Shown here in pieces: positions 54,292 to 63,947 of a DNA stretch of 64,000 bases. Position 1 is the stretch's first letter. Every line of letters starts with the position of its first letter. The DNA is from a candidate division FCPU426 bacterium. GTDB taxonomy: Bacteria > Oederibacteriota > Muellerivitia > Muellerivitales > Muellerivitaceae. Where the stretch lies: positions 992,001 to 1,056,000 of the forward strand of contig CAVRAL010000004.1 in assembly GCA_963719085.1 (NCBI GenBank). Direction: 5' to 3'. The notes below the pieces were generated by a model, which did no database searches, had not been told where the DNA came from, and was given only the letters and a program-made list of their open reading frames with translations. A program made the position numbers and the translations under genes.

Positions 54292-57171
54292 GTGAAGATT
54301 CTCCCGTTAAATTTATTCTCCCCGCGAGTGGGGGGTGTCATTCTTTTTTGGGCGATGACGCCCCTGGCCGCTTGGGCCTGGGTCAATCCCAGTTTTGAAA
54401 CGGGAAGCTTGACCGGCTGGACCACCAATACGGCCAGCGGAGGCGGGCTTGCCTGTGGAAACCCCACGGCTTCCATTGTGAATGTGGGGGGCGGCTCCGC
54501 GCCAGATTCAGTGGGCCCTTTAACTCCCGCGGGGCTTCCTTTGGTGGGGGCCGGCAACGGCAACTACGCGGTCCAGGTTTTTTCGTCCCGGGGAGATCCC
54601 AACTTTGGCGATTGGGCCCAGGTTTGGCAAACCGATACCGTGCCCTCCGGCGGAACCTCCTGCTGTCTTTCCTTTTATATTGCCGCCATTCTGGAAGACT
54701 ATCATTACACCCAGGAACAAGACACTTTCGGGGACGCTTATATAGAAGCTGATGTGGTTGTCGGCGGCGGCACGGCGGGCGCCGGCGGCGTGACGGTGGC
54801 CAGTCTGCGTTATGGCTGGGGTTACGACGTAGGTACCGGCCTTTTGCAGGCCACCGGACAAAATGGTCCAGGGACCTATTCAACTTGTACCGTTTCCCAA
54901 ACGCCTTCCCCGAATTGGGGGTTCATTCCCTGGACTCAGCAAACAGTCAATCTTTGCGCTTACGCCGGCCAAAAGGTCACCTTGTTGGTGACGGCGTTTG
55001 ACTGCGACGGGGACGGCCATTACAGCTTGGGTTATTTGGACAACGTAAGTTGGAACACTTGCGTGCCGCCCCAGTTTAATTTGGTGAAATCCGTCAGTCC
55101 TTCGGGAGACGCCAATCCGGGGGATACCTTGACCTATACCCTCGCCTACTCCAACCCGAGCGCGGTGCCCATCGACGGGGTTCAAATCTGCGACACGATT
55201 CCGACCGACGTGAAGCTTTTGACCGACACGATCGCGGCCAATCCGCCCGAGGGAGCGGTGACCTGGACAGGCACCGGCGCGGGCGACATCTTGTGTTGGG
55301 ATTTGGGATATATCGGCCCCCATGTCAATGGCACGCTTTCTTTCGCGGTGAGCGTCCAAAAACCCTGCAACACCATTATCAATCAAGCGGAGGAGACGGA
55401 CGCCGAGACCGCCGGCCTTCAGTCCAACGCCGTTACCAATGACGTGGCCAGTTGCACGCCTACCAAGACCCCTAAAACGACGCCCACCTTTACCCCTACC
55501 CTGAGCCCCACGCTTTCGCCGACCTTAACGAAAACTTTTACTTGGACCCCCACCCGAACCTTTACCCCCACTTTCACCCCGACCAATACCCCAACGCCCA
55601 GTCCTACGACGACAGTTACCCTGACTCCGACCAAGACTCCGACGCCGACGAATAGTTGGACGGCGACACCCACTAAGACCCCAACGCCGACCCTCAGTCC
55701 GACCCCGTCTCCGACGGTCACCTTGACTGACACACCGAGTCCGACCGCGACTTTGTCTTCCACCTGGACCCCGACCCGAACGCCGACGAATACTCCGACC
55801 GTTTCGGCGTCGGCTACGCCTTCCGCCACTTCGACGGCAACCCATACGCCAACCGTCACCCCGACGGTGACCCCTACCATGACCGGAACGCCGCCTATTA
55901 CTCCTACGGCAACGCCATCCCCGACACTGACTTGGACGCCTACTCCCACGTTTACATTGACCGCGACCCCAACGCCTTCGCCTACGGCGACCCCGACCGC
56001 TAGTGCGACGCCAACCCCGTCGCCGACTTGGACACCCACCGACACTCCGACCATCACGCCGGTGTTCACGCTGACGCCCATGCCGACCCCGACCGTGACA
56101 CTGACGGCCTCGCCCACCCCTACCTTTTCGCCGACCTTAACCTGGACTCCCACCTTCACAGCCACTTTTTCCCCGACGAGGACATGGACCATGACGCCAA
56201 CTCAGACACCGACCTGTACTTTTACGCCCACCCCCACAGTGACGCTTTCGCCGACCGCCACGCTTACCCCCGCGCCCTCGGGAAGTTTCACTGTGACGGT
56301 CGGGATCTATAACGAGGCCGGGGAACTGATAAAGCAAGTCCAGGTGGGGAACGCTTTTTCGGCGGTTCAGGTTTTGCTTCTGTCCACCCAAGTGATCGAC
56401 AGCCTCAGCCAGCCTCTCACGATTAATTATGGAGGCGGATCCGCCGCCAGTTGGGACGGGACCGGGCAAAATGGCGACCCGGTTTCCAATGGACAATATT
56501 ATGTCAAGGTCGACAGCGCGGACCCGAGCGGCAATGTCACCAGCGTGACCCAGCCGATCTTGGTCAACCGGTCCCTGGCCCAGTTCACCTTGAACATTTA
56601 CAACGAGTCCGGCGAAGTCGTGCGGCATATCCTGGCCATTGTCCAAGACGCGGGGGAGAGTGTGGCCCATTCGCTGTCGCTGTCTTCCAATGTGTTGAGC
56701 CCGGCTTCCGGCGGGAACTCGGCGGCGGTGACTATCCTGGCCGATGGCCAAGTAATCGCCACTTGGAACGGCTCGTCCGATAACGGCACTTTGGTTTCCA
56801 GCGGCACTTACTTTATTTCAGCGCATGAACTGGACGGAAAAGGGAACGAGGCCAATATTACAAATACGATCGTCGTGTTAGGTTCCGGGTCTTTGCCCAA
56901 TATTCAGGCGCGGGCGGTTCCCAACTTGATTCGGGGAGCCGGCGGCACCGTCTTTGAGGCGGCGTCGACCCAAGCCCTTACCTTAAAAGCAACGCTTTAT
57001 GATTTGGCGGGGGAAAAGGTGGCTTTTCGGCAAGGGCCGCCGGGCGCGGACCAGGTGGGCTGGGACGCTTCCCAAGCGTCCAGCGGAATTTATTTGGCGG
57101 TGGTGGAAATTTGGACGGCGGACGGCCAATTGGCCCGCCGCCAAACGCTTCGGATCGCGGTGGTGCATTAG
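54292..57171 (+). CDS. Secreted protein: unknown Cys-rich N-domain + DUF11 + Thr/Pro linker + two FlgD-Ig-like domains + CTD
   Basis: GTG start after GGAGG. DUF11 'LVKSVS..PGDTLTYTL.YSN..DTIP', two copies of 'IYNE.GE..W.G..NG..VS.G.Y', final 'LYDLAGEKV..WD..SSGIYL'. Confidence 0.75.
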   Translation: MKILPLNLFSPRVGGVILFWAMTPLAAWAWVNPSFETGSLTGWTTNTASGGGLACGNPTASIVNVGGGSAPDSVGPLTPAGLPLVGAGNGNYAVQVFSSRGDPNFGDWAQVWQTDTVPSGGTSCCLSFYIAAILEDYHYTQEQDTFGDAYIEADVVVGGGTAGAGGVTVASLRYGWGYDVGTGLLQATGQNGPGTYSTCTVSQTPSPNWGFIPWTQQTVNLCAYAGQKVTLLVTAFDCDGDGHYSLGYLDNVSWNTCVPPQFNLVKSVSPSGDANPGDTLTYTLAYSNPSAVPIDGVQICDTIPTDVKLLTDTIAANPPEGAVTWTGTGAGDILCWDLGYIGPHVNGTLSFAVSVQKPCNTIINQAEETDAETAGLQSNAVTNDVASCTPTKTPKTTPTFTPTLSPTLSPTLTKTFTWTPTRTFTPTFTPTNTPTPSPTTTVTLTPTKTPTPTNSWTATPTKTPTPTLSPTPSPTVTLTDTPSPTATLSSTWTPTRTPTNTPTVSASATPSATSTATHTPTVTPTVTPTMTGTPPITPTATPSPTLTWTPTPTFTLTATPTPSPTATPTASATPTPSPTWTPTDTPTITPVFTLTPMPTPTVTLTASPTPTFSPTLTWTPTFTATFSPTRTWTMTPTQTPTCTFTPTPTVTLSPTATLTPAPSGSFTVTVGIYNEAGELIKQVQVGNAFSAVQVLLLSTQVIDSLSQPLTINYGGGSAASWDGTGQNGDPVSNGQYYVKVDSADPSGNVTSVTQPILVNRSLAQFTLNIYNESGEVVRHILAIVQDAGESVAHSLSLSSNVLSPASGGNSAAVTILADGQVIATWNGSSDNGTLVSSGTYFISAHELDGKGNEANITNTIVVLGSGSLPNIQARAVPNLIRGAGGTVFEAASTQALTLKATLYDLAGEKVAFRQGPPGADQVGWDASQASSGIYLAVVEIWTADGQLARRQTLRIAVVH

Positions 57172-57257
57172 CCGTTTTTTATGACGGTAGAAGCCGCGGC
57201 GTCTTAAAAGACCCGCTTGTGGGCCTTTCGTTGAAGCGGTATAGTAAGAACCTGCCC

Positions 57258-58286
57258 ATGAAAAACGTAACTATCCAAGATATTGCCGAGCGCGCCGGGG
57301 TGACCAAAGCCACGGTTTCCATGGTGATCAACCAGGACCATCGGATCACGGAAAAAACCCGCGACAAGGTCTTGAAGATCATCAAGGAGATGAACTATTA
57401 CCCCAATCAGTCCGCGCGGAAACTCGCCCGGGGGAAAAGCGACGTTATCGCTTTCGTGTCGGCCCGTTTTGCCGCGCCTTTTATCGCCTCGGTCATGGAC
57501 GCCTTTGAGCAGCGGGCTTTTCAAATGGGGCGGTATGTCCACGGCATCCATCCTTATTCCACCCAGCATAAAACCGAGGCCAAGGAAGAGCTGCTCCAGC
57601 AAATCCTTTATGGCCGCACCGCCGACGCGGTCGTGGTGGTGACGATCCGCCCCAGTCAAAAAGTCGTCGACGAATACGCCGCCCGGAAAATCCCGTTGAT
57701 CCTTTTAGAAAACACTTTGCCGGGAAGCCACAGCATCCGGGTGGACAATGTGAAAGGCGGCTTAATCGCCACCGAGTACCTGATTCAAAAGGGGCGTAAA
57801 AGAATTGGATTGATTAACGGCGAAACCCAGCCGCCACCGGGCGTGGATGTGGTTCCCTCGGCGGTGGAGCGGTTGGAAGGCTACCGGCAGGCTTTGAAAA
57901 ACAAAGGTCTTGATTACACCGAAAACCGCGTGGTCGCTTACGGCAATTATTTATTTGAGGAAGGGCGGATGGGATTGAAGACCCTTCTGGAAAAAGACCC
58001 CAAACTGGACGCCATCTTTTGCGCGGCGGGGGACATTATGGCCATGGGCGTCATGGCGGAAGCCCAGGCCCGCGGCATCCGAATTCCGGAAGACCTCGCG
58101 CTGGTGGGCTATGACGACATGCCGGCTTCCAGCCTTTTAAAGCCGGCCCTGACCACCGTTCATCAACCGCTCGCCCAGATGGGAGTACAGGCTTTTGAGA
58201 CCGCCATTGACGCCATTGACGGTAAATTACCCCAAGACCGCAATATCCTGATGCAACCCGAACTCATTGTTCGGGAGTCAGCCTAG
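57258..58286 (+). CDS. LacI-family transcriptional regulator
   Basis: MKNVTIQDIAERAGVTKATVSMVIN HTH, and IPEDLALVGYDD..PALTTVHQP. Start reassigned to ATG 57258. Confidence 0.95.
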   Translation: MKNVTIQDIAERAGVTKATVSMVINQDHRITEKTRDKVLKIIKEMNYYPNQSARKLARGKSDVIAFVSARFAAPFIASVMDAFEQRAFQMGRYVHGIHPYSTQHKTEAKEELLQQILYGRTADAVVVVTIRPSQKVVDEYAARKIPLILLENTLPGSHSIRVDNVKGGLIATEYLIQKGRKRIGLINGETQPPPGVDVVPSAVERLEGYRQALKNKGLDYTENRVVAYGNYLFEEGRMGLKTLLEKDPKLDAIFCAAGDIMAMGVMAEAQARGIRIPEDLALVGYDDMPASSLLKPALTTVHQPLAQMGVQAFETAIDAIDGKLPQDRNILMQPELIVRESA

Positions 58287-58488
58287 GCCGGTTTTTTTTC
58301 CATAAAAAAGTCGATTTTTTTAAAAAAGGGTTAAACAGCCTTATTTTCAAAGAAATTGGGGCCAAATATTAGAGGCCCGCACTGGCAGAAATAAAAGGCT
58401 GGGGTATACTTAGAAAGTTCGTTATTTACAAGACGCGACCCGAACGGTTAGTCTGTTGCGCTCGCAATCAAAATTTTTGACTTGGATA

Positions 58489-58503
58489 AAATCGTTTGAA
58501 GAC
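58489..58503 (+). promoter_or_regulatory. Candidate LacI-family operator overlapping the GH8 start
   Basis: AAATCGTTTGAAGAC, as at 8976 and 36182; lies directly downstream of the lacI-family gene. Confidence 0.5.
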
Positions 58504-61500
58504 TTTTAAATCCAACCTATTTCGGCTCCCGGCCTCTTTCGCTCTCGCCTGCCTTCTATTCCATTTCGCCGGCGTAGCCACGGTTCAAGCCCAGAGCATT
58601 AACTCGGGGGCTGGAACCTTTACTTTCCCTCACAACGCGACTTACCCCCATGGTTTCATGGCCACCGGATTGCCCAGCACAGCCGCGAGCAACGGTGTTT
58701 CTACCACTTATCTCAATTGGTATTCCCATGCCGTCATCAATTCGGGTGTGACCCGTAGCGGCTTTCCCACCTGTACTTCCTGCTTAAGGGTTTTTCGCAA
58801 TACCAACAGTAATGATACCGTATCCGAAGGCATCGGCTATGGCATGTTGATCGCCGTGATGATGGATGATAAAACTTTGTTTGATGGCCTCTATAAGTAC
58901 GCCTACCAATGGATGCCGGATTCCAGCAACAACATGGTGATGGACTGGAATCTCAATTCAGGCGGCGGAATTATCGGCGCCAATGGCGCCACGGACGCCG
59001 ATGAGGACATGGCCATGGCCTTTTTGATCGCCAGCAAGATATGGCCGAGCGCGGCCGCGGTTGCCCTGACCAACAGCCAGCAGACGGCCGTGAGCAAAAC
59101 CTACCAACAAACCTACGAGGACATGGTCACCGCTATTTGGACCCAGGAAACCAAGGGGGGCGCGGGAGTCTATTCAGGGGACGCTTTCCAATATCCCTTC
59201 TACTCCAGCTATATGACGCCGGCTTGGTACAATTGCTGGAATTCCAGCGATACCTTCGGCCGTAGTTGGTCATCCTTAACGACCTGGGTCTACAGCACTT
59301 ATTTCAAGACGCTTTTCACCACCGACAACAAAGGCTTCATGCCGGATACGGCCACCGGACCGACCATCGGCAACAATGTGTCGACCATGAGTTTTGACGC
59401 TTCCCGTTATCCTTTGCGCATCGGCATCGACTATCTTTGGAACGGCTCCGCGGGCGCGGTCAGCTACGCGGGAACTTTCGCCACCAACGTGATGAACGCG
59501 GTGAACTCCAGCGGATTCGCCACGCAGGTCGGGGACAACTGGTCAGTGCCCGGCGGGACTCCCGGCGGTTCTTTCTGCGACTCGCTCCAAATCGGGCCCC
59601 TCGCGGTAGCCGCCATGATGACCAACCAAGCCAACGCCACCTCCGCCTATAACGAATTGACCGCCCGTTACGGTTCGCCCGGTTGTAACGGCGGGTCTGA
59701 AAACTTCCAGTATTTCCAAGACACGCTTTGCATGTTGAGCGAGTTGGTTTGTACCGGAAATTTCCCCAACATCGTTTGCGGCACTCCGCCCTGCGGAAGC
59801 CAGACTTGCACGCCCACGCCTTCGCCCACGCCCTTGGCCTGTTACATGGTTTCGGATGACGTTGACGGCACCGAAGAAAATCATACCAACGGTTATTGGT
59901 TCTCCTATAGCTATGCCAGCGTCAGCAATACGCCGGTCAAAACCCCCGTACTGGTGGGAGTTTCCAACACCAATTACATCTTGCAGGCCAATGGACCTAA
60001 CGGCATGCCTTACGCCGACAGTGTGACGGGCTACTGCGCCATCAATGGGGGAACGACGGTCGCTTCTTACGGCTCCGTGACCAATTCGCCCTCGGTGGTT
60101 TACGCCGGCTACGCGCTCGGAACCGAACTTTTGGCCGGTTACCAGAATCTCAATTCGATGACTAACATTAGTTTCTGGGTGGAAGCGACCAAAGCCCCTG
60201 TGACTCTTCAGATTTCTTTTTACAACGCCAATATTGACGTTCCAGCTGGTGGAAACGCCAACCAGTACAAGAACACGGCGCCGATCATCATCTCGACCGC
60301 CAATACTTGGCAGTATGTCTCCATTCCCTCGGGCATCGCCAATATCGCGCCCAGCTCTTACGCGCCGGCGCTGGGCGCGGGTCCGACGACTTATACCTAT
60401 GCCATGGCCATGAGCCAAGTGACGTCCCTGCAGTGGCAGGAAGTAGCGCCTTCCACCGGCGTGACTTACGGATTCTCCGTGGGCCAGGTTTGCATCGCCG
60501 GCACCAGCTGGGTCACGCCGACGCCTTTAGCCACCGCTACTCCTGTTGTCACCATTTTGCCGACCAATACGCCGACCTTATCTCCGACCGTGACCCAAAC
60601 GGCCACGAAGACCATCACGCCGACCTCGACCCCGACCCAAACGCCGACCGCCACCGCGACTCGAACCGCGACCACCACGATGACGCAAACGCCGACCGCT
60701 ACCCCCACCCTGACGCCCACATTGGCTTTCAGCCCGACTTTTACGGGTACGCCCACGGCTACCCGTACCTTGACGATGACCGCGACCGTTACCTCGACCA
60801 ATACGGCGACTGTAACCCCAAGCGCCACCTTCACTCGGACTGTGAGCCCGACCCCGACCCAAACCTCAAGCCCCACCATTACGATGACGCCGCCCGCGAC
60901 CTCCACGCCCACCCTAACGGGAACGATGACTTGGACGCCGACCGTGACGTCGACGCCTACGATCACCTTGACTCCGACGGTTTCCAATACGCCTACCATT
61001 ACGCAGACCCCGACGATCACCAATACGCCCTTGCCGACAAGCACGCCCACTCAAACGCCGACCATCACGGCGACGCCGCTTTTCTCGAGCACGCCGACGT
61101 TTAGCTTCACCCCGACGCCCACCACCACCTTCACGGCGACTTTGACGGGCACTTGGACCGCGACGCGGACCTGGACGCCCTTATTTACCAGCACGATCAC
61201 GCCCACCGGCACCAACACGCCGGTCTTTACCAGCACCACTACGTCGACGCCGACCTCCACCCCGACGCCGACCTTTACCCTGACTTTGGTTCCCACGGGG
61301 ACCTTCACGCCGACCTGGACGCCGACTCCCATTCCGGGCGTTAGCTTTGGGGCGCCTCAATTCACGGGGACCTCGCAAGCGGGCGATCCCTTCGTATATT
61401 CGATTCCTATCACCATTTCGGGCAGCACGGCTACGAACGTCAGCTTCGCGGATAATCTGCCTTCGGGCCTCAACTTCACCAGTTTCGGCACCATTCCGGC

Positions 61501-62023
61501 CGGTGGAACGCCGAGCGGCTCGACCATTACTTGGCCCACCCTGCCGGCGGGAATTTATAATATCGTCGTGAACGGAACTATTAGTAATACGGCCACGGGA
61601 ACCTTGACCAATAGCGCCACGCTGAGCTTTACGGGCGGCGGACCTTTGACTTCGTCACCGGCCAATGTTGTCGTTGTTGTCTTAACCGCGACCCCGACCG
61701 GGACCCCCAGCCCAACGGCGACCGCGGTCATCTTGGTGCCGGTTACCACGCCGGTTCCTTATCCCAACCCCTCAACCACCACCGGGCCCATTACGGTAGC
61801 CGTGTCCTTTGGCCAGCCGACGGGACCCGTGCATCTTGAAATCTTCACGACCGCGTTCCGAAAGATCCGGGATATAAACGAGGGTCCTGTGCCCGCGGGG
61901 ACGCAAAACTGGACCTTATACCTGGTGGATAACGACGGCATTTCCCTGGCCAATGGCCTTTATTACGTGGTGATCAGCACCCCCAACGGACGCTCGATCG
62001 GGAAAATATTGGTCCTGCGCTAA
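58496..62023 (+). CDS. Secreted GH8 + CBM11/CIA30-like module + Thr/Pro linker + DUF11-like domain + CTD
   Basis: TVSEGIGYGML, ATDADEDMA, FDASRYP; C-terminus [28 protein letters not shown]. Confidence 0.88.
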   Translation: MKTFKSNLFRLPASFALACLLFHFAGVATVQAQSINSGAGTFTFPHNATYPHGFMATGLPSTAASNGVSTTYLNWYSHAVINSGVTRSGFPTCTSCLRVFRNTNSNDTVSEGIGYGMLIAVMMDDKTLFDGLYKYAYQWMPDSSNNMVMDWNLNSGGGIIGANGATDADEDMAMAFLIASKIWPSAAAVALTNSQQTAVSKTYQQTYEDMVTAIWTQETKGGAGVYSGDAFQYPFYSSYMTPAWYNCWNSSDTFGRSWSSLTTWVYSTYFKTLFTTDNKGFMPDTATGPTIGNNVSTMSFDASRYPLRIGIDYLWNGSAGAVSYAGTFATNVMNAVNSSGFATQVGDNWSVPGGTPGGSFCDSLQIGPLAVAAMMTNQANATSAYNELTARYGSPGCNGGSENFQYFQDTLCMLSELVCTGNFPNIVCGTPPCGSQTCTPTPSPTPLACYMVSDDVDGTEENHTNGYWFSYSYASVSNTPVKTPVLVGVSNTNYILQANGPNGMPYADSVTGYCAINGGTTVASYGSVTNSPSVVYAGYALGTELLAGYQNLNSMTNISFWVEATKAPVTLQISFYNANIDVPAGGNANQYKNTAPIIISTANTWQYVSIPSGIANIAPSSYAPALGAGPTTYTYAMAMSQVTSLQWQEVAPSTGVTYGFSVGQVCIAGTSWVTPTPLATATPVVTILPTNTPTLSPTVTQTATKTITPTSTPTQTPTATATRTATTTMTQTPTATPTLTPTLAFSPTFTGTPTATRTLTMTATVTSTNTATVTPSATFTRTVSPTPTQTSSPTITMTPPATSTPTLTGTMTWTPTVTSTPTITLTPTVSNTPTITQTPTITNTPLPTSTPTQTPTITATPLFSSTPTFSFTPTPTTTFTATLTGTWTATRTWTPLFTSTITPTGTNTPVFTSTTTSTPTSTPTPTFTLTLVPTGTFTPTWTPTPIPGVSFGAPQFTGTSQAGDPFVYSIPITISGSTATNVSFADNLPSGLNFTSFGTIPAGGTPSGSTITWPTLPAGIYNIVVNGTISNTATGTLTNSATLSFTGGGPLTSSPANVVVVVLTATPTGTPSPTATAVILVPVTTPVPYPNPSTTTGPITVAVSFGQPTGPVHLEIFTTAFRKIRDINEGPVPAGTQNWTLYLVDNDGISLANGLYYVVISTPNGRSIGKILVLR

Positions 62024-62040
62024 GTCAAATGAAGCCGCTA

Positions 62041-62074
62041 AAACCCAAGGCCCTCCGGGGTCTTGGGTTTTTTT
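62041..62074 (+). terminator. Intrinsic terminator closing the CAZyme cluster
   Basis: AAACCCAAGGCCC-TCCG-GGGTCTTGGGTTT followed by a T tract. Confidence 0.85.
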
Positions 62075-62237
62075 ATTGCTTGTAACGAAAACTCTCGGAC
62101 AAAAACCCCGGCAAGTTTGCGGCGGGTGAAAGGCCATTTTTCGAGGCCTAAGCCTTGGTTTTAAAAGGCCTTTCAGGCAAAGTAGTGCCTTCGCCGGGAG
62201 CCTGCTTTTTGATCTCATCTTTTTAAGGAGAGTAAGG

Positions 62238-62984
62238 ATGAACTGGAAAAACCCCCTGGTCGTCTTCTTCTTGGCCGGATTTCTCATGGCGGCGGGCTGC
62301 GGCAAAAAAAGTCCGGCTTCCCAATTGCCTCCGCCCACGGGCGTGATGGGCACGGGCGTGGTGACGGGCCAGGTGAGCTTAAAAGGAAAAATCCCTACGC
62401 CGTCCAAAATCAGCATGGATGCCGATCCGGCCTGCCAGGCCCAGCATCCGAATCCTGTTTATGATGAAACCGTGGTGGCCGACGCCAAGGGTGATTTGGC
62501 GAATGTGTTGGTTTATGTCCAAACCGGAGCCGCGGTTTACGCGCCGCCGAGCGCGCCGGTGACCTTGATCCAAAAGGGCTGTCTTTACACGCCCCATGTT
62601 TTCGGCGTGCAGGTGAACCAAGCCTTGGATATCTTCAACGGCGACCCCACCCTGCATAATGTCCACGCGGTGGCGGTGAGCAACGAGGGATTTAACGTGG
62701 GCCAAAATCAAAATGATAAGACGGAGCAATTTTTCAGCCAGCCCGAGATGCCGGTGAAATTTAAGTGCGATGTGCACAGCTGGATGACCTGCTACGGCGG
62801 GGTCTTTACCCATCCTTTTTTCAGCGTGACCGGCGCCGATGGCGCCTTTAAGATCACGGGTCTTCCGGCCGGGGATTACACCTTAGTGGCCTGGCAGGAA
62901 AAGTACGGTTTTTCCCAACCGCAAAAGATTTCGCTGAAAGACGGTCAAACCCAGAAACTTGATTTCATTTTTACGGCGCCCTGA
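62238..62984 (+). CDS. Lipoprotein with cupredoxin-like and carboxypeptidase-regulatory-like domains
   Basis: Lipobox MAAGC; GCLYTPH, LHNVH and KCDVHSWM copper-type motif; next to heme A synthase. Confidence 0.75.
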   Translation: MNWKNPLVVFFLAGFLMAAGCGKKSPASQLPPPTGVMGTGVVTGQVSLKGKIPTPSKISMDADPACQAQHPNPVYDETVVADAKGDLANVLVYVQTGAAVYAPPSAPVTLIQKGCLYTPHVFGVQVNQALDIFNGDPTLHNVHAVAVSNEGFNVGQNQNDKTEQFFSQPEMPVKFKCDVHSWMTCYGGVFTHPFFSVTGADGAFKITGLPAGDYTLVAWQEKYGFSQPQKISLKDGQTQKLDFIFTAP

Positions 62985-63023
62985 TTTAATGGATCGCCCG
63001 TTCATTTCCATTTTGAGGTCCAA

Positions 63024-63947
63024 ATGAATCCTGAAAAAAAGGCCGTTTATTTTCAGCCCAAGCTTCACCGCTTTGCCTGGGTGGTCATGGGCTGCACCTT
63101 TTTGCTGCTTTTGGCCGGGGCTTTGGTTACCAGTACGGGTTCCAGTTTGTCGGTTCCCGATTGGCCGCTTTCCTACGGGACGCTTTTCCCCAAAATGACC
63201 GGCGGCGTGCTTTTTGAGCATGGGCACCGGCTGATCGCCGGAACCGTCTCGCTGCTGATGCTGGCGCTGGCCGTGACCATCCAAAAAAAGGAAACCCGCG
63301 GCTGGGTGAAGGTCATCGCTTGGTCGGCCATGGGCGCGGTTCTTTTGCAGGCGCTTTTGGGCGGGCTGACGGTTTTATACCATCTGCCCACGCCCGTTTC
63401 GGTTTGCCACGCTGGACTGGCCCAGATTTTCTTCTGCCTGGTCACGACCCTCGCGCTGGTGACGTCGAAAAATTGGATCGAGGAAACACCGGGACGCCTG
63501 GGGGCCTTGGCGCCCGGCTTGCCGATTTTCGCCGCGATCACGGTGGTTGTGATTTATATCCAGGTTCTTCTGGGCGCCTTGACCCGTCATAGCGGGGCGG
63601 GACTGGCGATGCCGGATTTTCCCCCCACCTTTTTACCTCCCGAATGGTCGCCCTTAGTCGTCATTCATTTTTGCCATCGGGTGGGGGCTTTGATCGTCAC
63701 GCTTCTGGTTTTAATTCTGGTTTACCGGGTCAATACGGTCGGGGCCGGGGAGCCGGGACTTACCCGTCCGGCCATCGCGGCGGGGCTTTTGCTTTGGCTT
63801 CAGCTATTTCTAGGCATGATGATCATCGTGACCGCCAAGGCGGTGGTCCCCACCAGCGTGCATGTCATTACGGGGGCCGCGCTCCTAGCGTCCACCCTGG
63901 TGGTGGCGCTTAAATGTTTCCAGCTTTTTAAACGGCCCGCGCGGTGA
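63024..63947 (+). CDS. ctaA: Heme A synthase (COX15/CtaA family)
   Basis: About 8 TM segments; 'GALVTS..SVPDWP', FEHGHR and further conserved His (CHA, CHR, VHV). Confidence 0.88.
   Translation: MNPEKKAVYFQPKLHRFAWVVMGCTFLLLLAGALVTSTGSSLSVPDWPLSYGTLFPKMTGGVLFEHGHRLIAGTVSLLMLALAVTIQKKETRGWVKVIAWSAMGAVLLQALLGGLTVLYHLPTPVSVCHAGLAQIFFCLVTTLALVTSKNWIEETPGRLGALAPGLPIFAAITVVVIYIQVLLGALTRHSGAGLAMPDFPPTFLPPEWSPLVVIHFCHRVGALIVTLLVLILVYRVNTVGAGEPGLTRPAIAAGLLLWLQLFLGMMIIVTAKAVVPTSVHVITGAALLASTLVVALKCFQLFKRPAR

Noticed and set aside
55456..56277. TxT-rich linkers as ice-binding or ice-nucleation repeats
   Set aside because: No fixed 8/12/16-residue period and frequent Pro; position between domains fits a linker.
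7664..61332. Many Val/Gly-rich minus-strand ORFs (e.g. 7664-8245, 29631-30593, 55419-56192) and long antisense ORFs such as 6036-7658 and 41485-42909
   Set aside because: They are antisense shadows of Thr/Pro linkers and GC-rich CAZyme genes, fully overlapping well-supported CDSs and showing no motifs.
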